DNA of 64,000 nucleotides, taken from contig JAXLNO010005917.1 in assembly GCA_038087875.1 (NCBI GenBank), positions 1-64,000 of the forward strand, in the 5' to 3' direction. Made by a program: the position numbers and the translations under genes. The notes below the pieces were generated by a model, which worked only from the letters and a program-made list of their open reading frames with translations, did not search any database and was not told where the DNA came from. Positions 25,136 to 37,769 of the stretch are shown here, one piece after another (position 1 is the first letter of the stretch; every line of letters begins with the position of its first letter). This DNA comes from Malacoraja senta. Lineage: Eukaryota.

Positions 25136-26869
25136 ATCTATCTAGAGTCGGAGGCACAGTTGAATTGGCAAGGGTTGTAGGCTGTCAGCAGGATCGGGAT
25201 TTGGGACAGGAGTTCAAAAAGTCCTGAACTTATGCCAGTATTTTCACATCAAAGTTTAGGATTTATCAGGTTCGGATAAGCAATGTTAACTAATAACAGA
25301 ATAAGTGAAACAAATTATCACATTAGCCAAACCTTATTCACACAATACAGGCAGTTTCATTTAAAAAAATACTATTTTTGATTGAATTCTTATTTGTATC
25401 GTCACTCGTCTCATAAAATGGATTTTGAATGCTCCTTTAAAATGATAAAAAGCCTAGTTTTTAAAATACTAAATGATTGTGTTTAAAAGTTTCACCTCAC
25501 CTTTTGGAAGAACAGCTTAATGCAAATTGCTGGATCATCTTTGAATTTACATCCACTCCCAGCACCTTAACACTTGGATCATTGTGGATCTCTCAGCTTC
25601 CGCACCTACACTTGAAAGCATTTCCTTGACCATGAACTTCTATGAAAGAACGACTCCGCCAACAACATAGACTGGAATCCGAAGAAGGAAACTCCCTGTC
25701 AACTCACATAATGAGATTACTACAGCTGCAAGGCTTTTTGAAGTCAAATCCCACATCAGAAAAGGTAGATTAAAGCAGGATTGTCAACGAATTGCTGTGA
25801 TGCCCCAAAGTGATGATCTGCATAAGAATCCTTCACCCACAAAGGAAGGCCGAGAGGAATATAAAAGCAGCATAATGGATCAAGATGAACTGCAGCAGAG
25901 ATTTCTCTGTAATGCCATTACAAATAGTATTGTGTTCATTTGCCAGGCCCTAAAACAGGCAGCTCAAGTACTTATGAGATATTAGATTCAGCTGCTATAT
26001 TTTTTTAAGCAATAAGTATCCAATATTAAGTGCTGCACATATAATCACTCGCGTTGGTAGAATTTGCAACAGTAAATTTATCCAGCAATGTATTAGCTGT
26101 GACATAAACACTTAAAAGTATACCCACAGTCTGTGCATTTGCAATTGTAATCAAAATGTATTGCAGACACAGCCGATATTGAGAACTAGTGCATGAATGT
26201 AAATATTTAAGGATCAAAATATGCCTTTCATACATTTACAATGTGTGCAAAAGAAATATCTTTTTAAAAATGAACTTTGGGGAAAAAGTTAAATTTTAAA
26301 GATTATACTTATTGGTGTCATCTTTTCAGCCCAAGCCTTTGTTACACATCTTAGCAAATATCAGTTACTGCATAATGCTTTTTCAGTGCTGACCCAATGT
26401 GTTAAAAATGTATTGTTATTTCTGTTTATAATGTACCCACTGATTTAAATATTCTGTTTATAATGTACCCACTGATTTTATTTTTATTTTTAATTAAATT
26501 AAATATGGTAAAAATAATATTTTTAAAACATTTGCAATATCATATGAGGCAAACACCTTGATTCAATTTGACCAAAAAACGAATATATCATCAAACCACC
26601 AGAATGGGTGGATACGCACAAAAGATAAGAATACTATGATGCTCATAGTAAAGTAATGCTTTAATCAACCTATTAAATTTATTGTTTGTTGGTTCCTCAT
26701 GTATCTGCCATTGGAAGCTCATAATGCAACAATGGATTGAGAATGGAAAAGACATGCAGGTCACCAGAACAAATGATGTTACGCATTAAATCTATTGCTT
26801 ACAAATTGGGTTGCACGAATTTCTGACAGGTTGAATACCGGGTTGAATTGCACTGATTACAGTATGCAC

Positions 26870-27330
26870 TTCACCCTAGCGCCCACTAAATCTTTGGGGC
26901 ATTATGTTCTTCCTCAGTAACTCAGTTGCAGATGGTGGGAACTGAAGACCTCACCCATTCTGAGAGAGTGAGAGAGAACCACAGTGTCAACACCAAACGC
27001 TAAACAAGAGAAGTTCACGTCAATCACTGCTTTATCTGTAAGGACAGTCTGAGTTCCTGGGTGGTGGGAAGGAAGAGGTATAAAAGCAAGTTTTGCACGT
27101 GTTTTGAGAAGATGGTGGAGATGGAAGAGAGGGCCTGAACATTGCAGAGGGATTGCAATCATTGGAATGCTGGAAGGGTAGGGAAAGATATGTGTGGTGT
27201 TGAAATCCCACAGAAATTGAGAAGCATCCATTGAATGTGGAGATGGAAGGCAAGGATAATTTTCAAGAAGTTCAACACCATCCAGGATAAATGCACCCAC
27301 GTGATTGATACCCCGTCAACCACATTCATT
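26870..27330 (-). mobile_element. Degraded Penelope-like element, RT C-terminal/GIY-YIG region
   Basis: Minus-strand text resembles the vertebrate PLE ORF end (THIFPYPSS and CLAFG segments) and is similar in style to 62985-63250. Confidence 0.5.
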
Positions 27331-27639
27331 CCCTTCACTATTAACGTACAGAGGCACTACAGTTACCCATACGACTGACTGCACCTCCCACAAATAGTCC
27401 ACTGAGATAGCATTCAAGAGTTGCCAGATTTTTGCTATTTTCAAAGTCCAGTTCGGTCCACGCGCTTGGTCTTCTGGATCCAGGCACGCCCCAGATTGAT
27501 GCGGGGCCTCCAGTCGCAATCTCGGTCCAGATCAGCCAATGAACCATTGTCCCTCTCCTCGTTCGGCCACTATCAGTACTTGTCCTCCACTGTCATTTCC
27601 CTGCACCATCCTCTCCGGTTCTCGAGGGATGAGCAGGGG

Positions 27640-27727
27640 GATAGATAGATAGATAGATAGATAGATAGACGGATGGACGGACGGACGGACGGACAGACAG
27701 ACAGATAGATAGATAGATTGATTGATT
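27640..27727. repeat. Compound microsatellite (GATA)(GACG)(GACA)(GATT)
   Basis: Direct reading. Confidence 0.9.
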
Positions 27728-28101
27728 AAAGAAGGATCTTGACCAGAAACATCACCCATTCCTTCTCCCAAGAGATGCTGCCTGTCCCGCTGAGTTACTC
27801 CAGCATTTTGTGTCTATCTTCCACAAATATACTAGAGTAAGTTGGGTCTCGCAACGCAATTTTCCACCTCTCCACCAATTCCAATATTGGTGGCCAGTGC
27901 GGAGGGGGGGCGCGGGGGGGCTTTCTGGAGCGCTAGTATGGGTGTGGGCTGAAGGGACTGGTTTCCAGAGGGCTGGTATGGACATTGTGGGTCGAATGGA
28001 TTTTTGGGCTGGCGGCTCAGTCACTCAAGCCTGTTGGGCTGGCAGCTCACTCACTCACGGCTGGTGGGCTGGCAGTTGACTCACGGGTATTCCTTGAAAT
28101 T

Positions 28102-28225
28102 CCATTTCAAGCAGGGTGCAAGGCCACCAAATTCAAGTGCAGTTTCTTACCACTTCAAGCAGGATGTAAGGCCACCAAATTCAAGTGCAGTTTCATACCA
28201 TTTCAAGCAGGGTGCAAGGCCACTA
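28102..28225. repeat. 48-bp tandem repeat, about 2.5 copies
   Basis: CCATTTCAAGCAGGGTGCAAGGCCACCAAATTCAAGTGCAGTTTCTTA repeated. Confidence 0.9.
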
Positions 28226-28546
28226 AAGACAGCGATTCGTGACCTCTCCCTCCTCCATCTTGCAGAGACTGAGCCACGCACATACTTCTGGGTTTTATAG
28301 TCCCTCCCGGGGCTTGGCCTTCATGGCGTGATTGACAGGAGAGAGAATCTCAACATTTTTTAAACACTAATAACTCTTATATTTCATCGATGGGAAAAAT
28401 CCTCGGCACCTGATGAGCGGAGGGGGACTCTGAGTAAGGGCCAAAAATTACAGCCGTACGTGGTAGCAAACAGGAAGTGGTCAAGATTAGACTTTTAATT
28501 ATATAGAAGGCAAGGCAACTTTAATGAGGCAAGGCAACTTTAATTA

Positions 28547-28759
28547 GGCAACACAGCTTTAGCATTTCCAAACCAAAGGCAACACAGCTTTAGCATTTCC
28601 AAACCAAAGGCAACACAGCTTTAGCATTTTCAAACCAAAGGCAACACAGCTTTAGCATTTCTAAACCAAAGGCAACACAGCTTTAGCATTTCCAAACCAA
28701 AGGCAACACAGCTTTAGCATTTCCAAACCAAAGGCAACACAGCTTTAGCATTTCCAAAC
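28547..28759. repeat. 31-bp minisatellite, about 7 copies
   Basis: GGCAACACAGCTTTAGCATTTCCAAACCAAA head-to-tail with no spacers. Confidence 0.95.
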
Positions 28760-29611
28760 TATATTTTCAAACCACATTAAGGGCACTGACAGGTCAGTAA
28801 AACCACTCACAGTTTAGTAGACATGTGTTCAGTGTTATTCACAGCTCAGACTGAGAGACGTGACCCTCTCACTCCCCCATCTTGCAGAGACCGACTGAGG
28901 CACTCAACAATTCTGGATTTTATAGTCCCTCCGGAAGGGGCGTGGGCTTCGGGAGAGAGAATCGCAACATTTTTTAAACACTAATAACTCTTTTAATTTT
29001 CATCAATGGGAAAAATCCTCTTGTCCTGCGCAGCGGAGGGGGGCTCTGAGTAAGATGGCCAAAAATCACAGCCGTAAGTGACAGCGTTTTTTCTAAAATC
29101 AATATACAGAACAACAGGAAGTGGTCAAGATCAGACTTTTAGTAATATAGATAAGGTATTTTTCATCTACGCACCAGATAACTACAGATTGTTTACAGAT
29201 TGTAAACCCTGAGTAACTGAATAGAGTGTTTTTTGATCAATAATCAGTTCTTGAAGCTGCCCAGTCAGGTCTCCCAGTGTTAGCGGAGTGTCCTTTTCAA
29301 TTGTGAGAAAAGGGACAAACTCGTGCAGCATCCTCCTAATTTTAGGGATTGTCCATTTCAGACTGTGATGAGGTGGCATTTCTTCTGCTAGAGGATTACG
29401 GATCACTGAAATTCTCTTTGCCTGTGAACACCAGAGGCAGAGTCACTGAATGTATTCAAGGCATTGATCGACAACCACTTAAACTACAAGGGAATCAACG
29501 AGATGTATATATATTTCCATGTCAAATCACCAAAATACAGCTGAAAAAGAAGGAAAGTAAAATGAATTATAAAGAAATGGAAGGGAAAGGAAAAATAGTA
29601 TGTGTTTTAAA

Positions 29612-30963
29612 TCTACAATCATATAACTTACAAAAGTCTGATCTTGGATGTTTACTTGTGGGTGTGTTTGCTTGCTTGCACTTTTTCTTTCATTCACATC
29701 TTCTCGAAAACCCGACGTGGTAACGGTGAACTTTTTATATATTCTGGTAGAGATTTACCTCATGATTTCAAAAATCCCCTCATCTGAAAATTTGATTCAT
29801 TATTTTCCGAGTTTTTACTAAAATTGTTCATCAATCTGACATCTTTTTAAAATCTAACGTGCTTAAGCGAGCTGGATGACGTCAGAATGCCTTTGCTCCT
29901 CGCGGCAAACTGCGCAGAATTTTCAACGTGCAGGCGGACTGTTTTCTACGAGCTGCGAGTTACGTGGCCCAGCCTCCCTCCCCCCACTCCCCCGGACTCT
30001 GGATTTAAGCCATTGAACACGTGATCAAGTCGTGCTGCACGCTCCGCTGGGCTCCTTCAAGTTCTACAACATGGCGGCGGAGGTCGTTATCGCAGCGCGG
30101 GCGTGGACAAGCACAGTGGAAAAGTGGCCGTGGCCATGGCGGTCGTCACAGGGGACGGCCTCCACTCCGTCTCTCCCGCCCGATCATCTGTCATGCTGGT
30201 GGGTGGGCTTACCCTCGTGAAAGCCACAATCGGCCGTCCCTCCGCTGCTTTTCACCGTCCTCAGATTCTTCCAGGCCTCGCTCTGGTCCACGCCGGCTGC
30301 AGCCTAGCTCGGGCCCGGTGCCTGATGGAGAGGCTTCTGCTCAACGACCTGTGTAGGTGCTGCCTCTACCACCTCCCCCTCCCTCCCTACTCCCTCCCCG
30401 GGGCAGAGAAAGAGAGAGGGGGGGAGGGGGGGAGGAGAGTGGGAGGAGAGGGAGGAGGAGAGGGGGGCTTCCTCTCTGTCCCCCCCTCTCTGCCCCCTTC
30501 CTCTCTGCTCCCCTTCATATTTGCACCTCCCTCCCTCTCTGCCCCCCCTCCCTCTCTCCCCCACCTCCCTCTCTGCGCCCCCCCCCCCCTGCGCCGCCCC
30601 CCCTGGTGAATATTAGGACCTATGGGTGAGTGGTGAAGTATTGCGTTCGGGAACTAGCCCTCTGCTGTGACACCGCGCCACCCCACCCTTCAATCGCTAC
30701 CCCCCTCCCTCTCCCTCTCTACCCCCCTCCCCTCCCTCTCCACCCTCCTCTCTAGCCGTGCCTGCACAGTTGGGGGTTATGCGTGAGTGGGTAGGGCGGG
30801 GGGATGGGGTAAAAGGAGCGAATTAATAATATTAATATAATATCGGGTTAGTGTGTGTGGGGGTGGTTAGTGTGTGTGTGATGCCAAAAGGTCGCCCCCC
30901 TCCCCCTCCCCCCCGCAACTGCGTGTTGAGGGGACGGGGCACAATGGGTCCCCCTTGATATAG
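29612..30963 (+). mobile_element. Non-autonomous Helitron of the same family group
   Basis: 5' A|TC...AAAAGTCTGATCTTG matches the 29151 terminus. Degenerate 3' hairpin GGGGCACAATGGGTCCC then TTGATATAG|T. Blocks at about 30625 and 30760 are reverse complements of 8281-8330. Confidence 0.75.
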
Positions 30964-32410
30964 TATATAATTACAATTTGAAAAAAAGAAAAAATATATA
31001 TTTTAAATTAGCAATAAATAACCAAAATTTGAAATAATGAAATGGCAGTGTTGTAAAGTTAATTTTTAATTCCAGTGTTGCTCTTCTGACAGATTTAAAG
31101 ATTTGGCACATTATTAAGTATTTTCTCACACTGAAATCGACGTATTTATGAACATTAGAAAAACACCCTTGTTTTGTCATTCAAGAGATTAAGGCTGACC
31201 GATGAGCTAACTGCTTTCTGCCAAGTGCAACGTTTACCACATTAACCACACAACCTCGTGCTGCTCCCTGCATTTTTATGCCAGGTTTTCCAGCATCAAA
31301 TCGTCCCAGTAGAGCCTTGAGAGGAAAAGGGCATTTTTGACAACGACGTGATTAACAGCCCAGTTTGTGAATGTTATTGTCCAATTCACCCCTTAATAAG
31401 GTCATCCTTAACAAATACGTTTGATTAGTGTGCAAAGTCTGCAATATATTTTCTTTAAATGAACTAATGAAGTTGAATGCCCTTCACGTCTCCCCAGGGT
31501 TTCCTTCATTATTGATTGGTGTCTTTAGTATGACCAAAAAAATAAGTAAAAGACCTCCGAAGCTTTCAATGCATCCTCAGAGCCATTGACAGAGAAGAGA
31601 TTATAATGTCTTCTGACAAGTGTTTTAAGCAGAAATTTGAGTTGTTTCATGGGGACAACTTGTTCTCATGGAAGATGATATAGGAATAGGGTTATTAGTT
31701 TATACTTGACTGATCCATCCTTATGAGAATAATGCCATTAAGATGGCACTTTGCCAGATGATGACTTTCAGCTCATAGAATTTTGTTGAAAGGAAAGATG
31801 CAATAAGGGCTTGTGTCAGGGCCAGAAGGCAAAGAAATTCATATGCCATTAATCAATGTTCTTCCTTTGATTCTTTATTAACAGTTGGATGGATAGTCCT
31901 TCTGGAACAGTCTTGTAGATTAAGCAAATCAGATGATAATGTAACGAATAAACCGCAGAAACTGTTTTTGGAAGATGTGCTAAAAATCCTTCTGATTGGT
32001 GTTGTGATCCATGTCATCACTTTTAGCACCATATAGAATTGTGGAACAGCACAGAAATGGGCCATTCAGCCCATCACAGGGGGATCCGTCATGGAAGGGC
32101 CACCGAGAACAATGGGGGACCCATCATGGGGAGGGCGGGGGGATGGGGGTGTCAAGAACAAAAGGGGACCCTGTGTATGTGGGGGGGGGGGGAGGAATAA
32201 AGAAGGGATGAGTACTTTTTGTCAGCCACTCTTACCAACTTCCACAGATGTGGAAAGCATCCTATCGGGATTTATCCCAGCTTAGCCTGGCAACAGCTCT
32301 GTTGTGCAAGGTGTTGGTGAGGCTGCATTTCAATTTGAAGAATGGTCCCAATCTGGAACGTCACCCATCCTTTTTTTTCTCCAGAGATGCTGTGCGACCC
32401 CCCAGCACCT

Positions 32411-33925
32411 CAAGGTTTCAAGGTCAGTTTATTGTCACGTGTACCAATTAAGGTACAGTGAAATTTGAGTTACCATAAAGCCATACTAAGTGAAAAGCAA
32501 CAAGACACACAAGCACATAAAAGTTAACATAAACATCCATCACAGTGGATTCCACATTCCTCACTGTGATGGTAGATCATAAAGTTCAATCATCTTCCTC
32601 TTGTTCTCCCACGGTTGGGGCAGTCAAACCATCTGCAGTCGGGATGATCAAAGCCCCCGCAGCCGACGATCGGCCCCCGTCGGTCAAAGTCAAAGTCACA
32701 TGCACCAACAAAGGTGCAGTGAAATGAATTTGCCAGCAGCGATACACTTTAAAAAAGAACACACAATACACAATAGAATTTAACACAAACATCCACCACA
32801 GCATTCTCCACTGTGGTGGAAGGCAACAAAGTTCAGCCAGTCCTCCTTCTTTGTTCATCCATGGTCGGGGCCATGAACCCTCCGTAGTCGCCGCTACGGA
32901 CGGCCGGATGTACAGGCCCTCTCGTCAGGATGATCTAAACTCTGACGTCGGGACGGTCGAACACACACCCGAACTGGCACTTTCTTACCGGAGACCGCGG
33001 CTTCAGGATGTTATGGGCGGTTGGAGCTCTTCTCCGGCGATCCCGGCAAGGGATCCCAGACTCCGGATGGTAAGTCCACGCCACGCCCACGGCTAGAAGC
33101 TCCGCAGACCACAGCCCCATGATGCCAAAGTCATCAGTCCAGCGATGGGAACACTCCTCTCTGGCGACCCCCGGCAAGGGTTCGCCCAATCCGCGATGGA
33201 AAAGTCCACACCGCCCGCTGCTGAAGCTCTGGGCCCGACTCCGGGAAAGGCCGCTCCAATCCAAGCTGTTAGGCCTCGAGGGAGGTGACATAGAAAAAGT
33301 CGCCTCTCCGTCGAGGAGGTGACCAAAAAGTGGTTTCCCCCTTTCCCCCACCGCCTACACAAGACACACCAAGAGACACTAAAACAAACATTTGGACACA
33401 CCAAAAAAAACGTTAAAAAGTCAAAATAACGAACACGCTGCTGGCAGGTCAGCCGACTCGCAGCGCCCCCAACCGACCATTGGGGTGATCGAAACTCCGG
33501 CGTCGGGACGGTTGAAACCCTCTCCACGGCATGAAGCTCCCGAGTAGGCCTCTTCTTACCAGAGACCGCGGGCTTCACAATGTTAAAGTCCACAGGCCCC
33601 GCGGTTGGAGCTTCGATACCTGGCAAAGGGATCGCAAGCTCCGTGATGTTAAAGTCCCGCAGACTCCTGCGGCTTGGAGTCTCGGGTCGGTCTCCTGAAA
33701 AGGCCGCCAACTCCACGATGTTAGGCCGCAGTGAGATCGGAGATATGATACGGAAAAATAATCGCACCTCCGTCGAGGTAAGAGATTGAAAAAAAAGTTT
33801 CCCCCAACCCCCTCCCCACATAAGACAAACCAAGGAACACTAAAAAATACTTTTTAACACATACTAAAATTAACAAAACAAGAAAGGACAGACAGACACT
33901 TGGCGAGGCAGCCACTGCCGGTGTC
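32411..33925 (-). mobile_element. Two nested GC-rich non-coding retroelements with LINE-type 3' tails (inner copy about 32683-33470)
   Basis: Each has a minus-strand tail of the TTCACTG(T/C)ACC...GTGAC type plus a short tandem repeat, a CpG-rich body and similar 5' ends. No credible protein. Confidence 0.6.
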
Positions 33926-34450
33926 TATTTTCAGAGTATTGTGTTCACCCTGCAATAGAAAGGATGTTATTGAGCTGGAAAGAGTGCAGAGAAGATTTAT
34001 GAGGATGTTGCCAGGACTTGAGGGCCTAGACTATAGAGGGAGATTGGGAAAGCTAGGACTTTATTGCTTGGAGAGCAGGAGGCTAAGGGTTGATCTTATA
34101 GAGGCGGATAAAATCATGAAGGGAATTAATCGGGTGTATGCGCAGAGTCTTTTACTCAAGGCAGGCGAATCAAGAACCAAAGGACATAGGTTTAAGATGA
34201 GAGGAGATATATTTAACAGGAACCTAAGGGGTAACGTCTTTCACATAGAGGGTGGTGGGTATATGGAATGAGCTGCCAGATGAGGTACTTGAGGCAGGCA
34301 CATTAACAACATTTCAGACACTTGTATAGGTACATATATAGGAAAGGTTTAGAGGGATTAGGGTCAAATGGATTCTAGCTTAGATAGGGCACCTTAGTCA
34401 GCTTGGACGAGTTTGGCCAAAAGGCCTGTTTCCATGCAGTTTGACTGCAA
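33925..34450 (+). mobile_element. CR1/HER1 LINE 3' fragment
   Basis: RKDVIELERVQRRFMRMLPGL...SRTKGHRFK followed by the CR1 tail. Confidence 0.85.
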
Positions 34451-36349
34451 GGAATTGCAGAGGGTTGTGAATGTAGTCCAGTCCATCACAAACCATGTGC
34501 TCCCATTGCTGTAAATATTCTACAATTCTATATGGTGCCAAAAAAACATGTCTTGGATCCCAATACCAATCAGAAGGATTTTTAGCACATCTATCAAAAA
34601 CAGTTTATGATGTTTATTCGTTATATTATACCAATGCATCCTGATTTACGAGGAATTAGATCTCCTGTTTTCAAATTTTCCCATTCATTTGCTAATTGAC
34701 GACATGGTTTCCTCATTTATCTTTTTTCTCTGGCATGATTACAAGTCATGTTTTTACTCCCTGATAAGAAACACTGAATTATGCATTTAGAAATGCTTTT
34801 ATTTTGTTTGGATGCTCTTTTAATTTTCTTCAAGGCCATTTTTTAGGAAAATTCTGAAATTCCATAGTTGTCACTCCATCTAGAAATACATTCAAAAAGT
34901 GTATTAAATAATTCTTCAACAAAAATGAACATAGTTTCAACCTGTTTTAATATGTTAGTGAGTAGCTTTCATGAGGCGAGGGTATGCTATGATGAACACA
35001 TTTATGGTTCTTTGTGTTGCCGCTGGGAACAGCTTTATGAAGGGTAGGTTACTTACTCTAGTATTTTACAGCACAATTAATTGAAAGACCATGGGTAACA
35101 TTCTACTGAGGTCCCACATCAATATCTTGTCAAAGGTGCAAAATAGTCCTAATTTAACTGTAGTAAGCGTGTCAAAGGTTATGGGGAGAAGGCAGGAGGA
35201 TGAGGTTGAGAGGGAAAGGTAGATCAGCCATGATTGAATGGCAGAGTAGACTCAATGGGCCAAATGGTCTAATTCTGCTCCTGTGACTTATGAACATCTG
35301 AAACTGCCATCTCTACAGGTCATCGGCATGTCATGGCCTCAACTAACATCCAAAATGACAAGATAGTACAGCGTGCACCCATGTTACGGTAGTTTGGGTC
35401 ATGCTAATTCACCATTATGGAATTCACAAATAAATTTGAGATATGGAATAAAAATTCACTTCTATGGAATGTGTGGAAGAAAAGTAAACAAAGAAACAAA
35501 TGTACACAGAAAACTGAACCAGTTTACCAAAGACAATGGTCGCAGGCGACTGGTTCACAGCCGGAGGTCACTTAAGGGATATGCTTTGGAAACTCATGTG
35601 GCTACTCTTTCAGGATACGAGGAACTGCAGATGCTGGAATCTTGAATAAAACACCAAGTTTGTCAGACAGCATCTGTGGAGGGAATTGATTGGTGACATT
35701 TCAGGTCAGTACCCTTCTTCAGTGACAATTCTTTCTAAGTTTGTAAGTTGTTAGTTCAGAGTGAGAGGTCTGTAAACGATACTTTACCAACTAAAGAAAA
35801 CTCAAAGTGCCGAATTAACTCAGTGGGTCAGGTAGCATCTGTGGAGAACATTCTCCCGCTGAGTTGCTCCAACACTTTGTGTCTTCTTTTGTATACCAGC
35901 ATCTGCTTGTTCCTTGTTTCTACTTTATCAAACATCATAGCACCCACTTTTAGTTAATTGAACAACAAACCTGTCTGTGCGCAATACAGTTGGAATCCCC
36001 TTGCCTGTAGACCAGGGAGTACGAGATAAGGGTATTAGCGATATGAAAATCACTGCTAATTTTACACTGCTGACATGATTGAATTTCTAGGCCTTTATGC
36101 TTTGAAGGTTTGGGAAGCAAATAGCTCCATGAAGCAGGTCTGATAAGAAAGGGTAAATAATCTCCTGCCATGCTTACACTAGTATCACTCTGCTTCATCC
36201 GACACTGACCTTTATTTTGAATTGTGTGCTGGATTTTCAAGCGTGTTGATAGAATCTGAAAGCAAATAAACTGATTGGTTTACAGCACAGAGCTCCAATG
36301 TCATCACAATCTAATGGACTTTTTAACCTTTTCCATTTCAATTTTTAGT

Positions 36350-36660
36350 TTTAGGTTAGTTTAGAGATACAGCATGGAAACAGGCCCTTCGGCCTACCGA
36401 GTCCGCGCCGACCAGCGACTACACTAAACGCTAAACCAGTACACTAAACACTATTCTACACTCTACGGACCATTTTACTGAATCAAATTAACCCTACAAA
36501 CCTGTACATCTTTGGAGTATGGGAAAAAATCCAGAGCACCCAGGGAAAAGCCACGCAGGTCATGGGGAGAATGTACAAACTCCGTACAGACAGCACCCAT
36601 AGTCAGAATTGAACCTGGGTCTCTGGTGCTATGGGGCAGCAACACTACCACTGCACCACT
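36350..36660 (-). mobile_element. HE1-type V-SINE
   Basis: Reverse-complement copy. Confidence 0.82.
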
Positions 36661-36914
36661 GTTATCATCACAGCTGTTTCTTGCATTGTATATTAGTAGA
36701 ATTTTAGGTGCCTTGCCATACCATTTTATTTCAGCCAATTTAGATCATACAACAATTAATAATCAAGCTGATTTTTTGTATTAAATTTTGATTTAGCAAA
36801 GAAATACAAGTTTAAAATGCACACGGAACGGCAGGTACTGGTTTATTATTTAAAAAAATAAAGTGCTGGAGTAACTCAGTGGGTCAGGCAGCATCTGCGG
36901 AAAACATGGACGGG

Positions 36915-37390
36915 TGCACATTTCCATCGCGGAGCGGGCAAACCCTTGCTGGGGGTCGCCAGAGAGGAGTGCTCCGATCGCTGGCCTGGTGACTTTGCAT
37001 CATGGGGGTGTGGTCTGCGGAGCTTCTAGCTGCGGGCGCGGCGTGGACTTACCATCCCTTGCCTGTAGACCAGGGAGTCTGGGATCCCTTGCCGGGGATC
37101 GCCGGAGAAGATCTCCGACTGCCTGTAACATCCTGAAGCCGCAGTCTCCGGTAGGAAAGTGCCGATTCAGGCTCTCCACGCCGTGGAGTGCGTTCGACCG
37201 TCCTGACGTCGGAGTTTAGATCATCCCGACGAGAGGGCCTGTACATCCGGCCATCCGTAGCGGCGACTACGGAGGGTTCATGGCCCCAACCATGGATGAA
37301 CAAAGGAGGAGGACTGGCTGAACTTTGTGCACAGTGGAGAATGCTGTGGTGGGTGTTTGTGTTAAATTCTATTGTGTATTGTGTGTTCTT
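36915..37390 (+). mobile_element. Second, inverted copy of the GC-rich element at about 32755-33210
   Basis: Near-identical reverse complement; shared spurious ORF MFIHG.GHEPSVVAATDGRMYRPSR. Confidence 0.85.
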
Positions 37391-37769
37391 TTCCGGTTGG
37401 GATCCTTCTTCAGACTACCACCACTATGGGGAAGCCATGCAGCATTTCTGATGAATTCCTCAACTAAATCGTTAATTATGATTAACTTTGAGGATTCTTG
37501 TGTAATGAGGGTGGCATGCGTTCGCCTCTCTGAGAATTGGTGCCGTTTTAAAATAAAATGTGGAACAGAAATGTCACATCATGTGACAGACAGTGAGATT
37601 GCTCCCCTGTGGTCAGTCATGCTGTATAGTTGGTAAAAATCAGAATGAAAAATGATATTTCTTCAAAAAAGTTAGTTATTTCGCATTAATCAACTAAAGT
37701 TCCTCAATACGAATACTTGGCTAAGTTAGTTAAACATGCTTGAGCGACAAGTGCTTATAATGTGGGTGA

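Larger units (their letters stand above)
27832..29151 (-). mobile_element. Non-autonomous Helitron with a duplicated 5' module and internal minisatellites
   Basis: Minus-strand A|TCTATATTACTAAAAGTCTGATCTTG at 29151 and CTAG|T at 27832, with the subterminal hairpin partly deleted. A-T insertion site, no TSD. Shares CAACGCAAT..TCCACC with the Helitron at about 8285. Confidence 0.8.

Noticed and set aside
26420-26480. Short direct duplications (also 302-367, 49328-49360 and the units at 55-245)
   Set aside because: Ordinary local slippage duplications with no further structure.
28547-28759. 31-bp repeats as a CRISPR array
   Set aside because: The units are contiguous with no unique spacers, there are no cas genes, and the context is vertebrate. 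It is a minisatellite in a Helitron.
30021-33915. Long GC-rich ORFs of up to 246 aa as genes
   Set aside because: They overlap on both strands, are low-complexity, lie inside repeats, and show no recognisable domain.
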